From Candidatus Bathyarchaeia archaeon (lineage in GTDB: Archaea; Thermoproteota; CALKCG01; B24): a stretch of DNA of 64,000 bases. The position numbers and the translations under genes were made by a program. The stretch is from NCBI GenBank assembly GCA_038870975.1, contig JAVZJD010000001.1, positions 352,001-416,000 on the forward strand, given 5' to 3'. Of the stretch, positions 40,001-49,028 are shown piece by piece. The notes beneath the pieces were generated by a model that saw nothing but the letters and a program-made list of their open reading frames with translations, did no database searches and was not told the origin of the DNA. The stretch's first letter is position 1, and each line of letters starts with the position of its first letter.

Positions 40001-40226
40001 TAGACTGTCTAAGGAATTCGGGGATGAAGATAGTTACTTAGCATCTATACATGGAACTGACGTTTCATTTGCAAACTTACATTATGTATTGGGGCTTGGG
40101 TACATCGCCCAGGGAATGATAGAGGCTGGAATTGAAGAAGTAGATAAATCGTTAAAATTGACCAAAGTTGTTAGACACGCGCGATGGATTAAAGATGGAA
40201 CAATTCCAATACCGTCGCTCCTCTAG
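37029..40226 (+). CDS. DUF5107-domain plus tetratricopeptide-repeat protein
   Basis: N-terminal YPY..., ENEYLK..V.PE.GAR, GAWIAGG.EFN, YYFWSNAA, PGKKIFSWG, YVEIQSG; long TPR-like C-terminal half with YPKNLG.G. Confidence 0.8.
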   Translation: MMLPIRSFNSENDGAVKVWEGYVVKPTYRILREDNLPYFMSKYYPYTRLDFFDYSEPTPVKYKELVVENEYLKISVRPEFGARLFSAFDKISENQVFHYVDTIKPFLIAQRGAWIAGGLEFNLCQHPSHTADNFSPVDYTYVKNEDGSASILIGNLILYTNVRYLVEIALRPKTARIDVRVKIFNTDLIPQRYYFWSNAAVSASENLRFFYPGSLSNIGKFPVNEEGIDLSWYVNYDRPLSIFILDSEEDFFAAYDYKSSKGLVHYADHNIIPGKKIFSWGLSEDGLFWKDLLSDKGIPYVEIQSGRFLTQGIVELIDPLNFESWEEYWYPVRDMDGITYANEKVAIYINEENKAERKLQINVCSAISCKARLILYAEGEKFHEELIELLPEKTLKREVRAPLGKLLLKIIDVNGGEIISWDFRSYRTKPHEAPSWIGEVPNWNWGDTAEELWLKGVDSLKRETFLKAERYFTASLEKDGAFSKSLCALGLLYYRSGLYDKAVSFFQRALMRNPYDEEARYYLGLTMLVLNNLEEAERELWKVSSKIGYRPLALYLLGIIRMRLNAYRDAEDMLQRAIKEYSYNLKALCTLSMALRKQGKREEAWRILEEAHRIMPLDYLVLAERYLLSSDEEFKRVVFTSFQKVLEASKDYIFAGLFDDSLAILKAALEHGIRNPLIYYYIGYSYKKMGRFNDAIDYYKYGGRESIDYVFPHRLEDLEVLKDVVSSLPLDPTPHYLLGNVLFYLGRFKEGLEEWEKAYMLGLRNAVLCRNIAHAHALLTFDYDRAINMYLEAIRLEPENHKLYVELDDIYSKTGDHTERVKLLENIPRKAKHSALLARLASAYVDTGEYEKALNILCNTFFEPMEGYYGFWEIYVDALMAKGFTLFKSCMFEDAAKCFIEAMSYPKNLGVGAPHPKYRRDLMQLYYAGLSYEKLGELSTAQRIWSAALQRISENPENHVFKALILRKLGRVEESRLMLRKVVEEAKLELNRLSKEFGDEDSYLASIHGTDVSFANLHYVLGLGYIAQGMIEAGIEEVDKSLKLTKVVRHARWIKDGTIPIPSLL

Positions 40227-40280
40227 GATTGTGGATTTCAAGTATTCGTTTAACAATTTTATAATCTCCTAAATATCATT

Positions 40281-40577
40281 TTAACCGCGTTTAAACTGTA
40301 GGTTTATCGGTTTTCCCTCTGATAGAATCTTCTCAGGTATTTTGTTTTTCCACTTTTCAAGAAACTCTAAGTCTTCTCTTAAATTTCTAAGCTCGTCTGG
40401 AAGCATTTCGGGAATTTCATCACGTATTGGATAAAATCTATTGCATTTAGAACACCAAATAAGGCCTTCAACTACTTCACCATCTTCTTTCTCTTCAAAT
40501 ATGAAGAGATCAAGAGGATAATGCTTATCGATGGGACATGCTAATATATCCATCAATCTCCTCTTCAACCATTTCAC
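40281..40577 (-). CDS. trm112: Trm112-family methyltransferase activator
   Basis: LMDILACPIDK, C..CNRFYPI.DEIPEMLPD. Confidence 0.9.
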   Translation of the reverse strand: MKWLKRRLMDILACPIDKHYPLDLFIFEEKEDGEVVEGLIWCSKCNRFYPIRDEIPEMLPDELRNLREDLEFLEKWKNKIPEKILSEGKPINLQFKRG

Positions 40578-41518
40578 CCCAAATAAACTTTTTCACCTTT
40601 ATAACTAGATTTAAGTATTGCTTCACATATTTTAAGTGCTTCTACTCCATCATTGGCCGTTAGAATTGGGGCTTCCTCACCCAGAATAGTGTTGATGAAG
40701 TGTCTAAGCTCTCTCATTAAGGGTTCTTCCCATTTAACAGTCGGCTGGAGAACCTTTTCAGAATCCTCTATTGAAACTTCTTGAGTTATATAGTCTAATG
40801 ACACAACAGCTTCACTTCCAGTAATTATCAAAGACCTAATCCTACGGGGTGTGAGCCAATTAGCTTCTATAAATCCTGTAACTCCACTTTTAAAGTGGAG
40901 AATGGCTTCAACATAGTCTTCAAACCTATGCCCAAGACTGCCGACTTTAGCATAAACACTTTCAACATCGCCAACGAGGAAACGCATCACATCTAAATCA
41001 TGTATAGCAGAATCTTTAACAACGCCAACATCTCCTACACGTTCAGGCCACCTTGAAACTCTCCTTGCAGTTATGAGTATAATTCGACCAAGTTCTCCAC
41101 CGTCTATTAATGTTTTGACTTTCCTCACGGCTGGGTTGAAACGCTCTATATGACCTGGCATGAGTCTAAGTCCTAGACTGCACGCCAAATCTCGAAGTTT
41201 CTCAGCATCCTCTAAAGTACTGCATAAAGGCTTTTCTGTTAAACTGTGGATCCCACGGTTTAGAACTTCAGATGTAATATCGAAGTGTGTAGTCGTCGGT
41301 GTACATATACTTACAGCATCTGGCTTTTCAACGAGGAGCATTTCCCGGAAATCGGTATATGCTCTGCAACCGTACCTTTTAGCTATACTTTTAGACTTTT
41401 CACGGTCTATGTCACATACTGCGACGAGTTCAACATCCTCTATTTCACTATAGACCCTGGCGTGGTTTCTACCCCAGAAGCCTACACCTATAACTGCTAC
41501 TTTAATCAGTGGAATCAA
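40574..41518 (-). CDS. Gfo/Idh/MocA oxidoreductase (nucleotide-sugar 3-dehydrogenase-like)
   Basis: GVGFWG.NHAR, TEKP, GHIERFNPA, D.AIHDLD. Confidence 0.9.
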   Translation of the reverse strand: MIPLIKVAVIGVGFWGRNHARVYSEIEDVELVAVCDIDREKSKSIAKRYGCRAYTDFREMLLVEKPDAVSICTPTTTHFDITSEVLNRGIHSLTEKPLCSTLEDAEKLRDLACSLGLRLMPGHIERFNPAVRKVKTLIDGGELGRIILITARRVSRWPERVGDVGVVKDSAIHDLDVMRFLVGDVESVYAKVGSLGHRFEDYVEAILHFKSGVTGFIEANWLTPRRIRSLIITGSEAVVSLDYITQEVSIEDSEKVLQPTVKWEEPLMRELRHFINTILGEEAPILTANDGVEALKICEAILKSSYKGEKVYLG

Positions 41519-42887
41519 CCCCTATACCTACATATATAAGATTGGCTTTTTCAGCCTCTTCACGGTCGAATATTCTACCAAAGTCTACTATGGCTATAGG
41601 TTTACCGTTAAGCCTCCTAAGGTTGTTTAAGCTTATATTCTTAAATTCATCGTGTGGCGTAGCTACGATTACGCAATCAATGTCTCTGACAATCCTTTTA
41701 AGACTTGAAGATGTTTTAAATCCCATTCTTTTAATTTCTTCGATCGTAAAATAAGGATCATACACTATCACTTCAGCTCCTTTTTTTAGAAGTTCATTTG
41801 CTAATTTAACACTGTAGGAGTTTCTGGCATTTTTAACGTTTGGTTTAAAACTCAATCCAAGTATAAGTATTCTAGAACGTCTAAGAGGCTTTCCAAGTCT
41901 TCTTAAAGCTTTCATCACAAGCCCATAATCGTGTTTTAGGAGGGACTCGTTTACTCTTAACGCCATTCTAACCATACGTAAATTGAAATTAACGTTTTCA
42001 GCTGAATTCTGCAAGAGTTGAGCATCCTTAGGTAAATGCCCTCCTACACCTATGCTAGGTTTGAGAAGATGACAGAAGGGTTGAGTTGTAGCAGCATTCA
42101 AAACATCAATATAGTCTACACCCATCTTTTCACACAGCATTGCAAGCTCATGGCTAACAATTAATGTGATAAAACGGTAAAAGTTTTCAAAAAGTTTCGC
42201 AGCCTCAGCTGTTTTAATATCTCTAACTTTAAAAATCCCTCCTTTAACAACGGTCTTCAAAACAGCCTCGCTGGCTTCAAGGCTTCTAGGTCCAACTGCC
42301 CCGACTACTCTTGGGTAGCTTACAAGGTCTCTCAATAGCGACCCTTCGGATCCTCTGAGGGGGCTGTATGCGAAGCCGAAATCCTGTTCCGCCTTTAAAT
42401 TGGATAGTGTCTCGATTCTCTCTTTAACTACTTCTTCGGTTATACCAGGACCAGTTGTACTACTTTGAATTATAAGACTGCCTCTTCTTACGCATGTTCC
42501 TAAGTCCTCTGCAACTTTACGGAGGGGGGTATAATCTGGAATACCAGCTTGGTTGACAGATACTGATATAACTACCATAATTACATCGGAATCTCTAACA
42601 GCAGATTTAAAATCCGTGGTTGGGTGGAATTTTTCCATTCTGAGTACTTTTTGAAGAAGTTCTTGGAGTCCCGGTTCAGGGTTTGAAATTATACCACGTT
42701 TAAGTTTGTCGATGAGTTCTACGCTTGTATCTACTCCATAAACTTCAGCCCCACTATCGGCATAAAGACACGCCAGCGGCAAACCCATAACTCCACAGCC
42801 TATTACACTCAGTTTAAGTAATCCTTTAGTAAGCATCCCTGGGATTTCATCAGGGTTTAAATCCATTATATTAGTCATTGGAGACAA
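41502..42887 (-). CDS. UDP-sugar/GDP-mannose dehydrogenase family protein with an atypical active site
   Basis: GCGVMGLP, STTGPG.T, AEAAKLFEN, GLSFKPN, YDPY, ATPH. GGHLPKD lacks the catalytic Cys. Confidence 0.88.
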   Translation of the reverse strand: MSPMTNIMDLNPDEIPGMLTKGLLKLSVIGCGVMGLPLACLYADSGAEVYGVDTSVELIDKLKRGIISNPEPGLQELLQKVLRMEKFHPTTDFKSAVRDSDVIMVVISVSVNQAGIPDYTPLRKVAEDLGTCVRRGSLIIQSSTTGPGITEEVVKERIETLSNLKAEQDFGFAYSPLRGSEGSLLRDLVSYPRVVGAVGPRSLEASEAVLKTVVKGGIFKVRDIKTAEAAKLFENFYRFITLIVSHELAMLCEKMGVDYIDVLNAATTQPFCHLLKPSIGVGGHLPKDAQLLQNSAENVNFNLRMVRMALRVNESLLKHDYGLVMKALRRLGKPLRRSRILILGLSFKPNVKNARNSYSVKLANELLKKGAEVIVYDPYFTIEEIKRMGFKTSSSLKRIVRDIDCVIVATPHDEFKNISLNNLRRLNGKPIAIVDFGRIFDREEAEKANLIYVGIGVDSTD

Positions 42888-42990
42888 ACCTCTATATACG
42901 CTTCAGTATTTAAAATTCTGGCTGAGAGAATTTAAATTATACCTTCTTAAAATTATCAACCCTTTGATAAAACTTTAATTCATTCTACTA

Positions 42991-44079
42991 ATGTTTAAGT
43001 GTCTGATGAGAATTTTACTCGATATTTTAACGCCGAAGCAATGTAGGTTTTTCTCAGTTTTAGGACGAAAACTAGAAGGTAAAGGTTTCGAAGTCTACAA
43101 AACAGCTAGAATATTCAGAGAAGTTGTTGAGCTTTTAGAACTATTAGGTGAAGAAGCCCATCTAACGGGCAGATACGGCGGGGCGACGCTTGAAGGGAAA
43201 CTTGAGGCTAGTTTAGAGCGGATGATAGAACTTAAAAAGGTTTTCCAAAAGATCAAACCTGATTTAGTCATATCATTTTCTTCTCCAGAGGCCTCTAGAG
43301 TAGCCTTTGGATTAAACATCCCTCACGTGGCTGTAAGCGATAGCCCCCATTCAACCGCCGTTTCAAAACTTTCCATTCCATTGTCTAGAATATTATTCAC
43401 ACCTTGGATTATACCCAAATCTGCTTGGACAATATATGGCATAGAACGCTCTAAAATCTTTAAATACAGGGCTTTAGACCCGGCTGCATGGCTTAAAGAT
43501 TTTAGACCAAACTTAGATATTGTTGCGTCACTAGGGCTATCTAAGGAAAAACCAATAGTAGTATTCAGGCTTGAAGAAAGCCAGGCATCGTATATACTCG
43601 GCATGGGTGGACTTGTCGAACAAACAGCCTTAAAAGCCATCCAGATGTTTGATATCCAAGCAGTTATAATGCCTAGATATGAGGAGCAAATGCGGAAAAT
43701 CTTAGAAAAATTCGGTGGGAAATCTTTAGTACTGGAAAAAACTATTGATGCCGTAAATCTATTGTATCACGCTGCGGTTTTCGTAGGGGGTGGTGGAACT
43801 ATGAACTCTGAAGCTGCCTTGCTAGGTGTTCCAACGATTTCGTGCTATCCGGGTGAAGATACATATGTTGAAAAATACCTTATGAGTAGGGGTCTCCTAC
43901 GTAAAGTTCATGACTCAGAGGAGGCTTTAAAATTCATACAAACTTTTCTAGAGTCTCGTGTAAGAGCCAATTTTAAAAGAAAAGCGAAAGAGATTTTAGC
44001 CTCCATGATAAATCCGGCAGAATTTATAGCGGAGAAAATCACCGAAATATTTTCCCGAGGAACTTCTTTTCAAGTTTAG
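42991..44079 (+). CDS. DUF354 family protein (GT-B-like fold)
   Basis: DILTPKQ..FF, G.YGG, SPEA.RVAFGL, FRLEE.QASY, GGGTMN.EAALLG.P. Confidence 0.82.
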   Translation: MFKCLMRILLDILTPKQCRFFSVLGRKLEGKGFEVYKTARIFREVVELLELLGEEAHLTGRYGGATLEGKLEASLERMIELKKVFQKIKPDLVISFSSPEASRVAFGLNIPHVAVSDSPHSTAVSKLSIPLSRILFTPWIIPKSAWTIYGIERSKIFKYRALDPAAWLKDFRPNLDIVASLGLSKEKPIVVFRLEESQASYILGMGGLVEQTALKAIQMFDIQAVIMPRYEEQMRKILEKFGGKSLVLEKTIDAVNLLYHAAVFVGGGGTMNSEAALLGVPTISCYPGEDTYVEKYLMSRGLLRKVHDSEEALKFIQTFLESRVRANFKRKAKEILASMINPAEFIAEKITEIFSRGTSFQV

Positions 44080-44686
44080 CTTTTAAGCCACTCGGTTTTC
44101 CATAAACTTCTGTCAACCCCCTCCTGATGGATTCTAAGATGTCTTCTATGCAAGTTGAAGGAGTTTCAACGATCGTGTATGCATATCCTATCGTTCTAAG
44201 TATATGGGAATCGCTTCCAGCAGTCATAGGTATGTTGAACTTAAGAGATATTTTCATGTTAACTCTAGAGGACAATGGGTAGAAAATGGTGCCTGAATTT
44301 AGGACTTCTATAGCGTCTAAACCTAATCGTCTAGCTTTGAGTATAAGCGAAGGTATTAACGTTCTGGGGAAAGGATGCGCTAAAACCGCAACCGCCTCAA
44401 ATCTCTTCGCCTCTTCTAAAACTACGCATATTGGTTTTAGTCCGGGTTTAAGCCTCCACTGGTCTAACCCTAAAACTAACACATGACCTATTGATGTCTG
44501 CGTCTCTAAACCTGGTATGACAAGGATGTTATTAATAAGACCCTTAACTTTTGAAGGCTTTTCATGTTCAGTTAGGGCTAGACCATTTAAGCCTTTAACC
44601 CTAGCCTCGACTAAAGCTTCATCGAGTCTAATTAAGGAATCTCCAGAAACGTTAGTATGCACGTGAAGATCAAGTTTTAACTTCAT
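44039..44686 (-). CDS. PHP-domain phosphoesterase
   Basis: DLHVHT, TEH, GHVL, AHPF, AGSDSH. Confidence 0.9.
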   Translation of the reverse strand: MKLKLDLHVHTNVSGDSLIRLDEALVEARVKGLNGLALTEHEKPSKVKGLINNILVIPGLETQTSIGHVLVLGLDQWRLKPGLKPICVVLEEAKRFEAVAVLAHPFPRTLIPSLILKARRLGLDAIEVLNSGTIFYPLSSRVNMKISLKFNIPMTAGSDSHILRTIGYAYTIVETPSTCIEDILESIRRGLTEVYGKPSGLKAKLEKKFLGKIFR

Positions 44687-46361
44687 GTTTAATCCTCAAC
44701 TTTTCAAGTTTCTCTATTTCAGGTATAATATCTTCATCTTTGATCTTCTTGAATAAAGGCCTAGGTTTGGAAACGATATGTCCAGTTTTAAGTCCCTCTT
44801 TAAGAGAATTCCATCGTATAGAGTTTAAGTCGTCGGATAGGTTAAGCATACGCCTTATTTCAATTGCCGTAAAAGGCAGGTAGGGTATTAAGAGTATTGA
44901 AATTGTATAGACTATTTGAGAAGCCACATAAAGCGTTGATGATGCGGCTTCAATATTACTCCAAGGCTTCTTAGTATTTAAATAACTGTTTCCGATTGAT
45001 GAAAGCCTCATAATCTCTCTAAGGCCTTTCTTAAACTCAAAACGCTCAATTTCCATCATAACTCTATCGGCAGTCTTATCTATTTCACTAAGTATCTTCT
45101 TATCGTACTCATCTAATTTACCTGGCTCCGGGATAACTCCATTTGAAAGTTTATGAATGAGAGTTAAAACCCTATTTACGAAATTCGCAAGATTTGCAAT
45201 AAGTTCATTGTTTATTTTGGCTTGAAAATCTCTCCATTTAAAATCTGTGTCTCTATGTTCTGGGGCTATTACTACGGCATAATATCTTACCATGTCTGGG
45301 TGGAATTTTTCAAGCATTTCATGAAGCCATATCACCCATCCTCTACTTGTGGAAAGTTTTTCACCTTCAAGGTTGACAAATTCACTTACTACAACGTTTT
45401 CAGGTAGGACGAAATCTCCATAGGCGATTAAAAGGGCAGGAAAGAGAATTGTGTGAAAGAATAGGTTGTCTTTACCTATGAAACAGTAGATTTCAGTATC
45501 TCTCTTCTTCCAGTAGCTGATCCACATCTCAGGCTTATCATGTTCAATAGCCCAATGTTTTGTTGCAGATATATAGCCTATGAGGTTTTCAGCCCAATTG
45601 TATATTACTTGACCTTTAGCCTTTGGAAATGGTGCGGGTGGACCCCATTCGTAGTCTCTAGTTATATCTTTATCCTTTAAACCCTCTTTCATAAGCCAAG
45701 ATAAAGTCTTATTTAACGTAGCTTTTCTCCAATTTGAGCCTTTAAGCTTCACATACTGTAAAACCTTATCCGTAAGTGCCGATAGTTTGAGAAAATAGTG
45801 AAGACTTTCTCTTAAAACTGGTTTGGCACCGCAGATGACACATTTAGGTTCTATAAGCTCACAAGCATCATACCATCTCCCACATTTTTCACAGACATCA
45901 CCATACTGATCTGTGGCTCCACAATATGCACATATACCCTTGACAAATCTATCCGGTAGGAAAATATTACATTCTGGGCAGAAAAGTTGTCTAATTGTTT
46001 TTTCATATATGAAACCTTTCGCATAAAGAGTTTTATAGAATTCTTCGACTGTTTCAAAGTGTATAGGTAAAGATGTTCTAGAATATATGTCGAAGCTTAT
46101 TCCAAGTTTTTCGAAAACAGTTTTCTGAATGACGTAGTTTCTGTCACATAGTTCTTTAGGTGAAACTTTAAGTCGCATTGCTTCAAGGATAACTGATGTC
46201 GCGTTTTCATCAGTACCACATATGTATATTGCGTCATCTCCTTTAAGCCTTCTATACCTAACATATATATCTGCGGGTAAATACGCTCCAGCTAAATGTC
46301 CAAAGTGTCTCGGGGCGTAAACGTACGGTAAAGCCGCTGTTACTAGAACTCTTTTAGCCAT
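44670..46361 (-). CDS. metG: Methionyl-tRNA synthetase (short form without the C-terminal tRNA-binding appendage)
   Basis: ALPY, HFGH (HIGH), GTDE, two zinc knuckles, GKDNLFFH, KLSTS (KMSKS). Confidence 0.96.
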   Translation of the reverse strand: MAKRVLVTAALPYVYAPRHFGHLAGAYLPADIYVRYRRLKGDDAIYICGTDENATSVILEAMRLKVSPKELCDRNYVIQKTVFEKLGISFDIYSRTSLPIHFETVEEFYKTLYAKGFIYEKTIRQLFCPECNIFLPDRFVKGICAYCGATDQYGDVCEKCGRWYDACELIEPKCVICGAKPVLRESLHYFLKLSALTDKVLQYVKLKGSNWRKATLNKTLSWLMKEGLKDKDITRDYEWGPPAPFPKAKGQVIYNWAENLIGYISATKHWAIEHDKPEMWISYWKKRDTEIYCFIGKDNLFFHTILFPALLIAYGDFVLPENVVVSEFVNLEGEKLSTSRGWVIWLHEMLEKFHPDMVRYYAVVIAPEHRDTDFKWRDFQAKINNELIANLANFVNRVLTLIHKLSNGVIPEPGKLDEYDKKILSEIDKTADRVMMEIERFEFKKGLREIMRLSSIGNSYLNTKKPWSNIEAASSTLYVASQIVYTISILLIPYLPFTAIEIRRMLNLSDDLNSIRWNSLKEGLKTGHIVSKPRPLFKKIKDEDIIPEIEKLEKLRIKHEVKT

Positions 46362-46491
46362 GTTTGTTAATCTAAAAGATGGTGGCCTCCTTAAAAGAGT
46401 TACTTTTAAGTGCTCTCATTTTGTGTAGAATATTCCTTAGAAAAGCTGTTCGCTTGTTATTCGTGGAATTTTCCACATAAAGATTAAAGTA

Positions 46492-46935
46492 GTGGTTAAG
46501 CGCTTATCTTTCCTTGGTATTATGGCTTCAGTAGACTACGAAGATATGCTTAAAAGGGCTTTATCATCTTTGCCTAAGAAGCCTCTACAATCCGAAAGAT
46601 TGAAAATTCCATCAGCCGACGTTATTGTAGTGGGAAATAGGACTATAGTTCGGAATTTTAGAGAAATTGCATCAGTCATAAATAGGGACCCTGAGCATCT
46701 GTTAAAATTCCTCTGTAAGGAGGCTGGTTCAGCTGGAACTTTAAAAGACGATATGGCTGAAATACACGGAAAATTCGACAGAGCTACACTAAACAAACTC
46801 ATAGAAAGATACGTGCAAAATTTTGTATTATGTAAGGTATGTATGAGACCTGACACGCATCTCAAAAAATACGGGCGTTTTCTTTATATAGAGTGTGACG
46901 CGTGTGGAGCCTCATCTCCAGTAATAGCGAGGTGA
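46492..46935 (+). CDS. eif2b: Translation initiation factor aIF-2 beta subunit
   Basis: YEDMLKRA, GNRTIVRNF, NRDPEHL, C..C.RPDT...C.ACGA zinc ribbon. The start is probably the later ATG (MASVDY). Confidence 0.93.
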   Translation: MVKRLSFLGIMASVDYEDMLKRALSSLPKKPLQSERLKIPSADVIVVGNRTIVRNFREIASVINRDPEHLLKFLCKEAGSAGTLKDDMAEIHGKFDRATLNKLIERYVQNFVLCKVCMRPDTHLKKYGRFLYIECDACGASSPVIAR

Positions 46936-47240
46936 ATTATATGTGCAACGTCTATGTTAAAGTTCATAGATTTCAAGGCTATGTTCTTGTAGCTGTATGC
47001 GACGAAGAACTCCTCGGGAAAGTTCTAAACGAGAATGACATATGCTTCAACGTTAGCGAAAAATTTTTTAAAGGGTTTAAAATGGCCGTAGAGGAAGCCA
47101 TTGACCTTATACGAAATGCGGATACTGCTAATCTAATAGGTGCTGTAATTGTAAGCAGAGCTATGAAAGAAAGACTTGTACATCCAGAGGCCATTACGAA
47201 TATAGCGGGTGTTCCTCATGCTCAAATAGTTAAGCTTTAA
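46902..47240 (+). CDS. DUF424 family protein
   Basis: LVAVCDEELLGK, FFKG, NLIG..V..A, GVPHAQ; commonly adjacent to aIF-2beta. Confidence 0.85.
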   Translation: MWSLISSNSEVNYMCNVYVKVHRFQGYVLVAVCDEELLGKVLNENDICFNVSEKFFKGFKMAVEEAIDLIRNADTANLIGAVIVSRAMKERLVHPEAITNIAGVPHAQIVKL

Positions 47241-47254
47241 TCTAGGGGGCTTTT

Positions 47255-48091
47255 ATGAAGAGTTGTTCGAGCGTAATTCTGAAGCCATTTTTCCCGGAGC
47301 CAGCGCTTCTGATTCAACATGGAGATTACAAAGTTTTAACTGTAGCTGATCTTCACATAGGTTGGGAAAGTTCCCTATTTGAACATGGAATATATATCCC
47401 GTCTCAGACTAAAAGGCTCTTAAAAAAACTAATAGAATTGTTGACGACGACCGAACCCCGAATACTTATACTCTTGGGCGATGTTAAACATTCTATTGCA
47501 AAGTTTGAGAAGACTGAGTGGGTGGATGTTCCTGAGTTTTTCAAGACCATTAAAAATTTAGTTGAAAGAGTTGTTGTCGTTCCTGGTAATCATGATGGAG
47601 ATTTGGAAACATTAATACCAGATGGTATTGAAATAGGAGAGTCTGGTGGATTAGCTCTCTGGGATGAGGTGGGGCTTTTCCATGGTCATTCTTGGCCTAA
47701 ACTTGAGCTTTTCAAATGTCATACCCTCGTTATGGGCCATATACATCCAGCTGTAGCCTTTAAGGATAGATTTAACAGTAGATTCTTAAAAAGAGTCTGG
47801 ATTAAAGCTGATATAGAGCCTAAACTTTTGAAACATCACTTAAAAAGAATTAAAACTGGTGATTTTGAAATCCGTTTTAAGAGGTTAATAATAATGCCTA
47901 GTTTTAACGATTTCATGAAGGGGAGGGCTGTAAACGAAGACGATTTTGAGGAGACGGCTATTGGAGCTATAAGCCCCATATTAAGAACTGGTTGTATAGA
48001 CGTGGAAAAATCGGAGGTCTATCTTTTAGACGGTGTATACCTAGGCTCATTTAAGGAAATTAAAGATATCACCCGTATACCATTACTTTAA
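47255..48091 (+). CDS. Calcineurin-like metallophosphoesterase
   Basis: ADLHIG, LGDVKH, PGNHD, FHGH, MGHIHP, MPSFN. Confidence 0.9.
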   Translation: MKSCSSVILKPFFPEPALLIQHGDYKVLTVADLHIGWESSLFEHGIYIPSQTKRLLKKLIELLTTTEPRILILLGDVKHSIAKFEKTEWVDVPEFFKTIKNLVERVVVVPGNHDGDLETLIPDGIEIGESGGLALWDEVGLFHGHSWPKLELFKCHTLVMGHIHPAVAFKDRFNSRFLKRVWIKADIEPKLLKHHLKRIKTGDFEIRFKRLIIMPSFNDFMKGRAVNEDDFEETAIGAISPILRTGCIDVEKSEVYLLDGVYLGSFKEIKDITRIPLL

Positions 48092-48103
48092 AAAATGAAG
48101 AGT

Positions 48104-48961
48104 TTATGGTAAATATTGAGACAAGGTTTTTTTACCTATTAAGAGACCTTTGCGGAATCCCTCAGCACCTTCAAAGAACGGGTCCTCGTGCTCTATGCTC
48201 AATACATAGTCATATCCTATCTCCATTAGAGTCGATATGAATCGACGCCAGTCTATATCCCCTAAACCCGGAATTCGAAACCTCCACCATCCACTACCTG
48301 TATATCCTACGTAGGCAAGTCTACTTTTAATCACCTCAGTGTCTTTACAATGGGTGTGATATACTCTTCCACCGAACTTCTTTAATACTGATATATAGTC
48401 TATAAATTGGAAGACGAGGTGTGAAGGGTCGAACTCAAGTCCAAAATACTTGGATTGAACTATTTTAAACATTTCATCCCATATGTCTGGTCTATAAGCG
48501 ATGTTCGCCATACAATTCTCTATAGCAATCTTAACGTCATGCTTTTCAGCGTATTCTACAAGACTTGGAAAAACCTCGGCGAATGCTTTAATGTTCGTAT
48601 CTATTCCCCCTGGAATCATACCAACCCAAGTAGCCACTACAGGTATCTCAAGTTTGTTAGCTATTTCTATCATCTTCTTTAAATGCTCATTTCGAGCCTT
48701 TCTAGCTTGAATGTTTAAATCTATATGATTGACACACCACGTTAAACAAGATACTATAACGCTTGCCTCTTTCAATGTCTTCTTAACTTCGGCAACATAG
48801 TTAGAGTCGTCAATCTTAGCAGGGTCTATAAGAGGACTCCCCGGCTGTGATGAAACCTCGATTGCTCCAAAACCGTTTTCTTCAGCCCATTTAAGGGTTT
48901 GAACTAGATTTCCAAGTTGTCCACCCGTCAGGAAACCTACCCTCATAAGTATCACCAACAA
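48104..48961 (-). CDS. Sugar phosphate isomerase/epimerase (TIM barrel)
   Basis: AIENC, FDPSHL, HTHCKD, FRIPGLGDIDW, SIEHED. Confidence 0.88.
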   Translation of the reverse strand: MLVILMRVGFLTGGQLGNLVQTLKWAEENGFGAIEVSSQPGSPLIDPAKIDDSNYVAEVKKTLKEASVIVSCLTWCVNHIDLNIQARKARNEHLKKMIEIANKLEIPVVATWVGMIPGGIDTNIKAFAEVFPSLVEYAEKHDVKIAIENCMANIAYRPDIWDEMFKIVQSKYFGLEFDPSHLVFQFIDYISVLKKFGGRVYHTHCKDTEVIKSRLAYVGYTGSGWWRFRIPGLGDIDWRRFISTLMEIGYDYVLSIEHEDPFFEGAEGFRKGLLIGKKTLSQYLP

Positions 48962-49028
48962 CGTTTGTTAACTCTCTTCTCTTATTTCAGTCTTTTCAGT
49001 TAAACGTTCAGAAGGAAATATGCAATAT

